Shown: in pieces, positions 28,440 to 40,318 of the stretch | How the letters are laid out: each line of letters begins with the position of its first letter | Position numbering within the stretch: the first letter of the stretch is position 1 | Assembly (NCBI GenBank): GCA_051294905.1 | Contig: CM119386.1 | Coordinates: 5,890,001-5,954,000, forward strand | Source of the DNA: Botryllus schlosseri | Taxonomy: Eukaryota | DNA: 64,000 nt | Direction of reading: 5' to 3' | Notes under the pieces: generated by a model | Told to the model about the DNA's origin: nothing | The model's input: the letters and a program-made list of their open reading frames with translations, nothing else | Database searches by the model: none | Translations under genes and position numbers: made by a program

Positions 28440-29582
28440 TATGACGTTGTCTAATTATGGCGTCATACGATGAAACAGAATTGGAGTGAGGTCCACCGTA
28501 GAAGCCCTGACTGCATGCCATGGGTTACCCCAGATGAGTGAATACTCTTTCTCTTTCCAGCACCAAACTGTGCTTGGATGGAAGTAAACGTACACATATG
28601 GTCAGTGGTCACGCCTTTTTCACACCCGCCACTGCGATATTCAATGCAAATACCCCCATCGTCTGGCGCCGGCCACGGCCTTGTTTTGCGTTCCGAGATG
28701 GTTTAATTTAGTCCTGATATCGTCGCGTATAAGCGATAAGGGAAATGTAAAGCATCTGCGAGACAAGGCGTTCAAATTGACCGCAATGTTATTAGCTAAT
28801 CTGTCGCGCACGGATAAATCAAGTAAAGTTAAGTAACGAATTCCTTTGCGCAAGTCACAAACACCCCTCCCATGAAATCGGCGCGACACCGCGCGCAGAC
28901 CAATATCCACAGTTACGATTGCGAATTCGCTTGTTTCACAATTTGTCGGGACGCATTGCGGCTTAATCGCTATGATGCAATGTCATTCTATCTTTACATG
29001 GGGATATTTGTTGTGTTAGTATATGTCAGCAGAATATGCGATTGTAGCCTGACTCCAAACCACCCCGACCTCATCGCAGATGTGCGAAATCGTTCCACGG
29101 CGAACGGATATATCTGGATCCGTATACGTGACTTTAGATGTGGAAATGAGTTACTATGATCTTTTTTTCTGCCAGGAAATCTGTCAGACTTAGTCGAATG
29201 TCGAACCTGAAAATTTACGCATGCTTAAGAATAAAAATTGACAGATTTTCCTCCGGCAGTAGCAGAAGGAAGCACTTGAAGGACCGCGTTGAACATTGAA
29301 CATCATAAAAACCACTCTTTACTTCAGTATGAAGTTCAGTGCGATTTACAACGCATATTTTCGAATATTAGCCGCAATGTTTGTCAATTACGCACAAGAG
29401 ACCTGACGAATTCAAGGATGTAAAACGTAAGATGTTATTTCGAAAGCGCCTATTCAGAAGATCATTAACAATAACAAAGCATGTACAATATGTGTATAGT
29501 TCTTTTACAAGTCAAGTACGTAACGTGTATCTCTTGGTCCTAATGCGGTCGTTCATGAAATATGGGTTTTTATCCTTGCGAC

Positions 29583-29645
29583 GAGATGGCGTAATGGTAG
29601 GGCTTCCGGCTTCTTGATCGGAAGGTTGTGGATTGATTCCACATT
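29583..29645 (+). pseudogene. tRNA-derived sequence (tRNA-Arg-like pseudogene or SINE head)
   Basis: Consensus Pol III A box TGGCGTAATGG (29587-29597). Anticodon-arm-like stem CTTCCG/CGGAAG around CTTCTTGA. Degenerate B box GGATTGATTCC (29630-29640). No acceptor stem. Confidence 0.55.
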
Positions 29646-32600
29646 AGGATGATGATAGCATGGAGAGGGTGCTACACTGAGAAAGCCTTACGAGGCTATT
29701 CTGTACCTTCCTTGTCCAGCGCCATATGCACATCGTGCACTCAATGGTATATGCATATTCACAGATCGTGTGTATGTATAGTATGCGTCGGTGTATATGC
29801 CGCAAAAACATCAACGAAAAAAATATACAACGTCCTATTGCTATTCCGGACATAGTTAAGGCTCATTGCCGGTGCCACCTGCCTTGTTTCTGATCAGGGT
29901 CGCAATTTAATGGCAAATTTCAAACGATTGTAATCACCCGCGGACGCTTAGGTCTCTGTCACCATAATAATACCGTAGTCAAAATACATACTTACGACTT
30001 TGGACATTTTTACACTATACCGTTTTATGGCTTACGATTAAGTGACTTTGGCATGCCGCGATACGCCTCCCAATGGGCCTTGAGTTTTCTCTGCGAAAGC
30101 ACGCATGCTAAAAAGGAAACGTTTGACCATTCTATTCACTTCAAATCATCTCGTAATTATACAGTGGACACTGGACAGCCAATTGCTATTAATAAATTGA
30201 TTGGCGCATTTCTATGGAGTGCATTGTGCAAGTTATTCGAATATCAGCCCCGTGGGTTGACAAAGTTGTCTTTGCTGCAAACCGCCAAGTCGGTTTCACA
30301 TCCTGTCTCCGCTATCAGATGTCCTATCTCCTCCCGTGTTTGTGGAGACGTGCGGTTAAACCCGACAAAATAACTGCGCCTTTTCATTCTGCACCCTGCC
30401 GCGTAATAATCAAATTAAAACTACATTTCGTGTACTGATCGATATCACAGTATCGAATTTATATCAGTCTACTTTCGGTCACGCCCTTTACCATCTCCGC
30501 AACGGTTGAGGATTGGATATCGGTTGATTTATTGCGGTCGTCGGTTGGTATAATTTCAAAGTTTGTGTCGAGAATTTACTGTGATGATGACGAGCATATA
30601 ATGGGATTGTCGATTTAGCTGGGTATCTACGAAATTGCGCTAAAAAATAAGGTATTCGGTCTCGAAAAGGCAATTTCTATACACTTTTACGAGTCAAATT
30701 ACACTAACCATACCGTCCCATGCATGTGCCAAGATGTGTGGTTTGATCCCGGAATGACCTATAGTCCGAAGTTTACATATTTGCGTCATGACATGTTTGA
30801 TTATGGAATATTGTAGGACTGCGAAAATGTCAATGTACCCCCAGCATACGAATAATTCTCGGTGTGTCCATATTGTGGCGAAAGGATACTAATGCTCAAA
30901 CAGGCTACCTTCAACTCATTGAAATCACACTTCAATATTCCTTATACTATTATGGAGTGACGATGGTATTGGTATAGCCGTCTTCACCGCGTGCATCTTC
31001 TATTTGGTTTACTGTTATATAAAATGGTTTTAAGATTTCACCGGTATTGATCATTTTCGCCTTATTTCATTGATCTGTGTCTGTGGTCAACATAATTGTA
31101 TGAGATCCCGAGGAGCAACGATACGGGAAGACGAACCATCGGCGAAACCTACCCAAAACAATAAATGGGTTCCCGTCCATCGGGAAACAATACGTGGCGA
31201 CCCACCCCCTTAAATTTATAAATTATGACAACACCGGCTAATGTGCCGTTTAGCTTCACGGCCGAGTGAGTGATCCATCGAATTATCTCATCTGACACCT
31301 TCTGTGCACGATGCGCGGGCTTAGCGCTTCACGATGTTTTCCATGCGACAGCGATTGCACAATGCACATTGAACTAGGTCTAAAAATGTATTTACTAGCG
31401 ATGGGAATTTATTTGAAGTACCCGGTTTTCAATTACAGCAATGTAACCACGTCACGGTATCAATATGATGCCATAGACTTTCAAAAATGTAAATTTTTGT
31501 CGTACTGTATACGTACTCGCGGTCACTTGTGCATATGGAGGCACGCTGACTTTTCAACATTATTCAAGCAGCATCTAACCAGAGCTGTATCCGGAATTGT
31601 ATCCTTATATCTCTCCTTCCATTCCCTTTGATCTTCGTGCCAAAACATACGATATAGTTCCAACTCAAACCCACCTCCTTCTTGAGTTATTAAAACACCA
31701 ATGCATTCGGGCGAAATGTAGTTCCCCGAACTAGATTTATTGATTGTTGCAATCGTAATTGTTTAGCGTTGGGTTCATGTACCGAGGCACGTATCGGCAA
31801 GTCCTATATAGCGCTTGGTCCAGGAAAATCCTTATTAATTGGATAACTTGTTGTAATTCCGACATTATCCGCAGTCAAAGTAACATTGTAAACACGTTTT
31901 ACATACTACCGCATTGCTGTGGACATCACAAACAGTCAGAGATTAACAGCGAATCACGGTTCCGCGAAGTAGAATAGTGTCCGTATAATCACGATATGCC
32001 TAAAATGGTCAGATCCACATCGAAACCGAGGCGGCAACATTCATTTGCTGTACGCTTTTGTTATTGATATCGTATCAAGATGCTGCTCGATAGCGCTGCG
32101 GTGCCTTTCTCGTTTGCCGGACAGATACTGTGTATACATATGTGCACTGGCATAGGCGTTGTATTGCCACGCGAAACACCAGTCAAAACATCAACATTCG
32201 GTATTACATCGAAGTATAAACCGAATGCTTGGAAAAGCGGGAGTCCGCATTCAATCCCGTCACGATGTCTTCTGGAAATATATTGGAAGCTACTTACGCG
32301 CATAAGAACTGAAAATTAAATACAGCGCAAAATATGTAAATTTCTGTCATGTAACCCGATGGCGGTTGACGATCAGTGGAAGCTTCGGGCAAATTATTGT
32401 TCTTTGTTGGTTATTTCGATGGATGTTTGTTCAGTTGCGTTTTGCCCACTAGTTCTTCATAGCTTTTGCGTGCATCGGGTTCGTATTGCATTAGTCTGTC
32501 CTGACTGCACCCTATGCTCAAAGGCTGGGAAGATCTGGAATTAGTTGGACCTTACGATGAACTGTTTATAACTTTACTTGTACACTGTACACATATTGTA

Positions 32601-33175
32601 TAGGGTTGCATTTAAAACAAATGGTGTTTGAACCACGTTGTTACAAACATGTTTGAAACCGCGTTTTAAAAAATGCCTTACAAACAAAACGATAATTTTT
32701 TTGAAGTTGTATAATTATGCCATTATGGCATAAATACTTCCGACAAAACATGTATAGTATGAACACACGGACAATTTGTACCCGACATTGTGAACGCGTA
32801 CATAATGGAATGGTTAGAACCCTCGAAATCGCCCTCGGTTCAACCGTTATACCACGAAGATATAGATCATTGGTACGGAATGGGTGTTCTGATGATATGA
32901 CCGCCGATCGTAAAATGCTGCATAACGATGTAGTCTTGGTTAAAGATTTTTGTTTCAGTTTATGACGGGGGTCTAAAGCCTTTTTCATTAAATGAGCGAT
33001 ATTTACCCTGTGTTTTAATTGCCAATGTCAATCCACTGTGACGTCATAGCTGAAGATTCGTGACGTCATTACTAACAAAAACTAACTAAAAAACAATAAA
33101 ATACATGTTTTAAACAAGGGCATATTTTTTAAATATGTTTGATTTAAATTTACTTCTGTTTTAAATGCAAACCTA
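32601..33175. mobile_element. MITE with TAGGGTTGCATTTAAAACA TIRs (hAT-like)
   Basis: 19-bp TIRs matching 18/19; AT-rich subterminal TTTAAA/AAACA motifs; no TSD retained; partial second copy at 1365-1504. Confidence 0.75.
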
Positions 33176-36100
33176 CGTGTGCATTGCTCGTGAATATGGG
33201 CAAATTAGAGTTGGGACTATATGCCGCTCCATCCGTGTTGCAATGAAAGCTGTCGTGACTAGGCTCGAATCGTCTCAAGCAGATTGACAGTGGAAATTTG
33301 AGTCTCATTAGTTCATTGTTGAAGCTTTGCAATATGACTGACTTTGATTCATAAGGAAAAATTGAAACTTGTCCATTTTTTCGTCTCAGAAGTGGCATAG
33401 AATTCGCAGTATTATATTTATATGTCACTCACTTCCCTAGACCTGTCCTAAACAGTGGTCGTTGTCATGCCATTGTAATATCTCCTTCATGATTTTTCGT
33501 TTCCACGCACACCGGTCACAATGTACTGTACACCTTATTCATTTGTTGGATTATCATATAGTAAATTAAATATATTATTCTAGAAAAGCTACGGTGACAC
33601 ACTATCAATTTTGTAAACGTAGCACCCGAATTAAACTCCTGCAATCATTTTCATTATTCGATCTGTGCAAGATAAATCAAGAATCTATAACAAGATTTGA
33701 AGTTACCGTAGCAGAAATACGGTAAATATCACTCATATCAGGTGTCAAATCTGTCTAACAGCGGTTATTATTTGTATATATGTGTTGTAGAGAACTTCGA
33801 TTAATTCCCTGCTTCCGCTTTCCTTCGGGGTTACAAGCATTTTATATTGATAACGTTTATAGCGGTGTGATGCTCATCTTACAATTGGATTACACTCGTT
33901 AGTGGCGGATCCATCAATATCATGACTGTTTGCGTTCCAATCAAAATGCACGCAAATGTGTAATTTCGATGTCGTAAAATAGCCCTCACGTTTCAGTCCA
34001 AGTCTTCTACAAAATGGCGAGCAACGCCTATCTGACTCATTCAGCAATCATACGCAAAGTGCAATGAGTCTTCGTTTTCTCGCGTATGGCTATACGCCAA
34101 GTAATGCATCAAATATTTCAGTTACCGTACATGCGGTTTACTTCACTTTCATAGATCTCAGTGACCAGGTGCTAATTTTATCAAGAGTGACCACTAACTT
34201 CTTTGTTAAGGGAGAAAAACAAATTGCCTTACCTCAACCTTTTTCTTAATGCCATTGACGTCTTCATTTGGATTTGTTTGCTTTGATGTACATTGCTTTG
34301 AGAATTGGTTGCGAATTATTACTTTTGGCGCCGAAAATTCCACGTTTCGGCGGCTTCCTATCGTATAATGTCAATATTCGGTCGTTCTTTTTTTCTAAAT
34401 TGATAGATATGCGCAAAGTAGGTCTCTATGATACCTCGTTCGCGGTCGTTTGACTCAGATTTCGCAGTTCCAGAAACGGCAGACTCAGCGTTGTAGAATC
34501 TTTGAAGGCTTCGGGATTTATCAATGTCACTTTTAAATGGTTGATATATACGGATCCGCCATCTTGTTATAGCAACCAACGTTCCGTTTCTAGATGGACT
34601 TGAGCGTGCTGACTGCTGACTCATGTCGCTCTAAATGTTGGTGGGTGGCTGTTCGGACGACCGTGCCCTCCATAGTTTACTGTAGCATAGTGATGCCCAA
34701 ATTCTTTAGAGCGCTACCCAAATCTGGTTTTTATTAGCGTTTCGCGGCTCAAGCATCGAGCGAAATGCGTTTTCAAGGTTAAGATGCTACGTTATTACGG
34801 GCATGCGAGTGCAGTCAAATCAGTCGATGCATTCTACACAATTCTTTGGCACAGAATTTATTACACAATAAATTCATAAGCGCAGTGTGATTGATGTCAC
34901 TGAAACTTCTCCTTCGTAGTAATTTTATTCAGGACTCTACTGTGTTGTGCGCTACGCGTACGTCATGGTTTTCGACATATTTTCAGTGACTGGCTTGCAG
35001 GAAATGTTCAAGTTCGCATATCCCAAATCGTTGAAATTGGCGCAAACCAACCAATGATATTATGAAAACACGCATTAGACAACAGTTTGCACCCCTATCA
35101 CGCGACAGTTTGCTATAATTGATATCAGGACTTCTGTAAGATTATTCTTCTGCGACCTTATTTAGTTGGGCCTCATTTTACAAGAATCGAAATGATTATT
35201 ATCTACTTGCGCACCGACCTTCGGACTGAGAGTTGTTTTTAGATCGTTTCAACCCAATCTTGATAAGACTTCTCCCAAGTTCCGGTCTCCTTAATTTGCT
35301 GGTCGAATGATTCCATTTCGGTCGGTAGGTGATAGGTAGCTGCATGAGCTTATCTTTTCCTATCAATACCGCACATTTGTCTTGGTGTCGGAAACACTTT
35401 CCAACTGTTTCCTAGCGCTCCCCTCCCTCAGTGATTTTAAATTTATTCGATGTTCAGGATCGTCTCGTGGTCGGGAAAGTACCCTTTGATATGATTCAAG
35501 GGCAGTCGACCATGAATTTGTTTTCGTCATCTCGCATTCGGCGCTATTTTGCGCCAGTGTGGAACTTGGCAAACAGACCACACCCACACTTCTTTACATT
35601 TTTGAAGTAAGATATCAAGTCAGATCTCAAGTAAGCTTCACAAACTCAGGTCGTGTTCAACGGAGTACACGCTGAGTTCAATTCCTTTTGAGCGAAGGTT
35701 TGGTATTCTATGGAGTTGGTGAATGGATGCTGTTGAATATTATCGATCTTTATAGCATTTGTGGATGCTGATGCAATGTGGGTTGCCGAATACTGTCTTT
35801 TTGCGTTAATATATTCTAGTTGAATTCGACACATCATGAAATTACAAAACAAAACGAGACATTACTGTAACAACCAATGGTACTATCTTTTTAGCTCGTA
35901 CTATCCAGGTAACCAATGTAGGTATACTGCATTGCTCACTGCGCAAGTACGCAATGTGCATTCATACGAATGTCATCATTATGGTCGTTATATACATTTA
36001 TCATTCACGTTTCTGAAATTCAATGAAAATTTTGCCGACTATTCGTCATATGACACAGCAAATATTTGGAAATATTGTAATATAACATCAGACGTAAGCA

Positions 36101-36861
36101 CAAGCTATTTGATCCTATCAACATCAAGAACTGTTTTAAGATTAGCCGAATTACTGGTGATGGGTACCGGTACTGCGGTTTTGATAACTCCACCAGACAC
36201 GGCGAGGCCTAATATGATGCAGGGTATACTTTGACAACAGCATCGCACATCATACGAACAGTCAAATATTGAATGTATTCCCGCATGCTCTGACAACGGC
36301 ATACTTTTTTAACTACCATTATTCACGCTTTTCGACACCTTAACAATGTTTGGTCATATTGAAGTGACGAAATACGTGGATGGCAAACTTCGTTTAAGCA
36401 CTGGGTAACGTTTTTAAACACGAATCACCCGCAAGTGTCACTTTCCGATGTATGGAAAAATCTTCATGTAAATATTAAAATTGCATGAAACTAAGGGAAA
36501 CTTTATGCCGATTCCTTGCATTTTATACTTACAAATTACAACAAATTCTATTTTTGTTCTCAATAAGGTGATAATGGAGTGTCCGTCACTTGCATTTCGC
36601 CACTCACAAACAGTGTAGACCAGTGATTCCCAAGTGCGGCCCCAAAAAAATATTAAGAAATCGATTTATGACAAAAAATAAAATTTACATTTATAAAATA
36701 TTCTTGCTTGGCTTGGCCTCTGTAGTTTTTAATTATATAATTGCAGGAAAGTTGTGAGTATAAACTGCTAACGTTACGTCACTGCTGTTTCAATGTAATG
36801 TGCACTAACTTTCCAGTTGAACGGGCAGTAGCTATAGATATAAATAGGTATTGATAACTTT

Positions 36862-37214
36862 CAAAACCGGAGGAAAATCCTGAAAAAATGGTAACTTTTT
36901 CCCACTTCGTGGTCGCTTGACTAAAAAAGAAAAAGAAGCTCAACTCCCGGAAAATACAGTTTTTCTTTCACATTAACAGGTGGTTGACTGAAAAAAGGGT
37001 CAACTTTCCGGTCCAGCTCCCGAAATAGTCGCCGTAGCGATCCCACAGTGCTGACTTAATGTATATCAGTCGAGTTTACCCATGTATGTAACCAAAATCC
37101 TCAAAAAAGAAGACAAAATCTCAAAAAAGAAAACATTTGGGCGTCCTCCGAGAACACTTTCAAAAAATCGAAAATGAGGACAAATCATCTTAAAAGAGGA
37201 CGTATGGTAACCCA
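36862..37214 (-). mobile_element. Blackjack-like hAT MITE, copy 3 (truncated, nested)
   Basis: Reverse complement of copies 1 and 2. Retains one TIR (CGTATGGTAACCCA), lacks the other and has a short internal duplication. Confidence 0.8.
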
Positions 37215-37316
37215 ATGATAACTAGATGTGCAACACGTGACTCGCGGTTGAATACACCGAAATGCACACTGCTTAGCCGGCTAAAAGCAGCATAATCAGT
37301 ATTCCTATAGTCAGCT

Positions 37317-37470
37317 CAGGGCCGTAGCTATCGCACCCCAAACCCACCAATTGAGGGGAGCCGAGCTCGAAGGGGGCACAAAATTATTTCGTGAGTTAGC
37401 ATAAATTATAGAGTATCTTTTGAAAATTTATGCAACTTTTCAAAAAATTTTCGCGCCTTGCGCGATTTCA
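37317..37470 (+). mobile_element. Truncated MITE end beginning CAGGGCCGTAGC, nested in 36621-38646
   Basis: TIR-like start, G-rich subterminal run and the TTCGCGC motif shared with other MITEs; no partner TIR found. Confidence 0.35.
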
Positions 37471-39628
37471 ATTCGCCACAGATCTTGATTATTGGGTAGT
37501 GGGTACTCTTCCCCAAGAAAAAATACGCAAGATTTATAGAAATGGGCATATCACCGTTGGCCATGACCTCACCACAACGCACCAAGACGTATAAAGTTTT
37601 AGGCCATGTAACATGTGACTCCAAGAAGTGTGTCAGAGCGATCAGCAGCTGACCAAAAACTTCGAAATACCAAAAAATTCGTTATATATACCAAATACAT
37701 ATAGGTTTAATTGTCCATATAGGCGCCTGAATGACTGGCGTCGAATGTTTTTGTCTTGGCAATCTGAACCTCACAAGACAAATACCATCCCGCAGGAAAG
37801 AAAATTATATGCCAGTGAAGAAATACCAATCTGAAATCGTGTGATCTTTCAGTTTAGTAGGTTTGGGCAACTCTACATTTTTTGATATAGCAGACAGGAG
37901 GTCACGACATAACATCATGTAAAGAAGTCATACCTAGGGGTCCGCCCGCCCGAAAATGTTTAATTTTACGTGGTCTGCAGTTTCAAAGACACTTCTCACT
38001 CAGCTCCACCGGTAAATCTAATTACGTATGCAAAGAGGACAACCATGCAATTCCCGATCTTATTCACCGATTTTATCATGAATTATCGAAATATTCTCGC
38101 GTCGCATTGTCTCACTAAACAGTACAACTTTAATTTCGTGGCAAAAGCGAAAAACGTGATGCGGGGTCAGTTTATCACCATATGGGACTCTGGGATCCTG
38201 ACGAAGTGCTGTTACGTTCTTGCCAACGGGTATACCCCCGGAGATGTTTAATTACTATTGAGGGGGCCTATAACTTTTAAAACACACCTCACTCAGATCT
38301 ACCGGTCAATCAGTTTACGTGAAAAGAGACAGGATGAAAATTGATAGCAATACATGCAATTCCCGATCATATTGAACGATTCAGTCATGAAACTAAAGAA
38401 ATTCCTCGCGCTTCGCGCGTTTAGGCCAGGAAATCTGATTCACTCAACGGACACCCAATTCAGCAGATAAGTAGGCTAGCGGTAAACAGTGTACAGTTTT
38501 GAAGTCTCGTCAGGGCAATAAAACTACTCCGAAATAGCCACGATGACTGTTTGGGTCCGTTTCATAGCCGTAGTATTCGTGCGGCCCCGACCGTACTCGG
38601 AAATTCTAAATTTGGCCCTCACACCGAAGAAGTTTGGGAACCACTGGTGTAGACAATTACATATCTATTTCTACCCAATGAGATATCTGTCATCATGACA
38701 TAAGTGTCGGACCGTAGCCGCGGATTTCGGCGTAGGCCTACCCTGTCGCTTCGGTTAATCACGTCTGTTCACTGTTCAGTGTTCATTCGATGGCGCATTT
38801 AATATAGTGGTGGTATTAGTAGGGTTGTGCGAATATAGTTTCGGCTGATCACGCGATGCTTTCGCAGGGATAGTGAACTTGTCTTCATCGAAGTATATAT
38901 AATCCTTTTTCGGATACGGTGTATAGTTGATCACGAAGGGGGAAATTGTATAAGCACCCATGGTGTTCTTGTGTAATGTAATGCAGTTTATTTTCTTTGA
39001 TAAATGCTTCTCTGGGAATGACTCTTCACAAAGTTGCCTTGTCCGTAGACGCTCAGGAGAATTGATTTGTTATTATTGGCCCGTGACAACGATTGGTCTG
39101 TGATACAAATCGGTCTTTTCGGTGGCTTGTCTACGCCAAATGCTCCGATAGATGCTATCCCCGCTATGTCAAATCGTAACGGAACAAGATAGCGGTTAAA
39201 ACAGTTTCGTTTCCTTCTCGATCTAAGTTGCGCTGTACGCTTCGTGATAACTAGGGAGACTAATCATATCAAAATAAATAAACACGGTCCCTGATAGCGG
39301 CATTTAGTTGAGCGCAGTTTCGGACTCCACTAATTTTATATGATAGCAATCAAAAACGTAGTCCGGATACGTTGGATATACTACGTACTAATCATTAGCC
39401 CCTAACTAGCATCCTGTGTGCATTTCACATGGTGTCGACTCCATATTCCGACACTTTTCTTGTGAGATGTTATGCTGTGTATGCTACTCCAAATGAAGTG
39501 CATCGTAACCAGTAACCACGTTTGAGGGATTCCATAATGAACGGGGTGCATGTTATGTTTTGGGTGTTTTATTGAATGCAATGGACGTCTGGCAAGCATG
39601 CTGCTGTCATAACAACCAGGCTTTCAAT

Positions 39629-40182
39629 CAGGGTTGTAATGACTCGAGTCACGTTTTTCAGATGACTCGACTTGACTCGAGTCATTTTCTCAAAATACGG
39701 AAATGACTCGACTCGACTCGAGTCAATTTGTGTATTGACTCGACTTGGACTCGAGTCATTGCGCATGACTCGAACCAAGTCATATGACTCGAGACTGAGA
39801 CAGCCAAGAACGACGTTTCATTGTAATTTCGAGGAATAGTAAAGTAATCACACTACTGAGATTTCGTCTATTGGTACTGGTACTTGAAAACGCGTCCAGA
39901 AACTGCTAAAAATGACGAAAATTAGTATATTATAAATGCGAACCATTCGATATCACCAAACAGAGTTATAAAAAGTGGATTTAACAAGCCTTCTACTGGA
40001 AACTGGGCAGTCAGCACAATGACTTGGACTCGACTCGAGTCATAATACCATGACTCGGACTCGACCCTCTATTTGGTGACTTGGACTCGGACTTGACTCG
40101 GCGGTGAATTGAATATGACTCGACTTGACTCGAGTCAAAACTATAAAACTGAGATTGAATTGTGACTCGGAGCCTTGTGACT
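39629..40182. mobile_element. GACTCGAGTC-rich MITE, right end lost in the gap
   Basis: Begins CAGGGTTGTAATGACTCGAGTC. Six perfect GACTCGAGTC palindromes (39641, 39674, 39715, 39748, 40032, 40127) and many GACTCG hexamers lie in two arms around a unique spacer. Confidence 0.7.
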
Positions 40183-40318
40183 NNNNNNNNNNNNNNNNNN
40201 NNNNNNNNNNNNNNNNNNNNNNNNNNNNNNNNNNNNNNNNNNNNNNNNNNNNNNNNNNNNNNNNNNNNNNNNNNNNNNNNNNNNNNNNNNNNNNNNNNNN
40301 NNNNNNNNNNNNNNNNNN
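40183..40318. other. Assembly gap (136 N)
   Basis: Run of N. Confidence 1.

Larger units (their letters stand above)
36621..38646. mobile_element. Composite non-autonomous hAT (Charlie/Buster-type) element
   Basis: TIRs CAGTGATTCCCAA / TTGGGAACCACTG (12/13). Perfect TSD GTGTAGAC (36613-36620, 38647-38654). GCGGCCCC subterminal motifs. Contains fragments of other MITEs. Confidence 0.9.

Noticed and set aside
39629-40182. Recurrent GACTCG repeats as a CRISPR-like array
   Set aside because: Irregular spacing, no fixed repeat-spacer unit and no cas genes; the structure fits MITE subterminal repeats.
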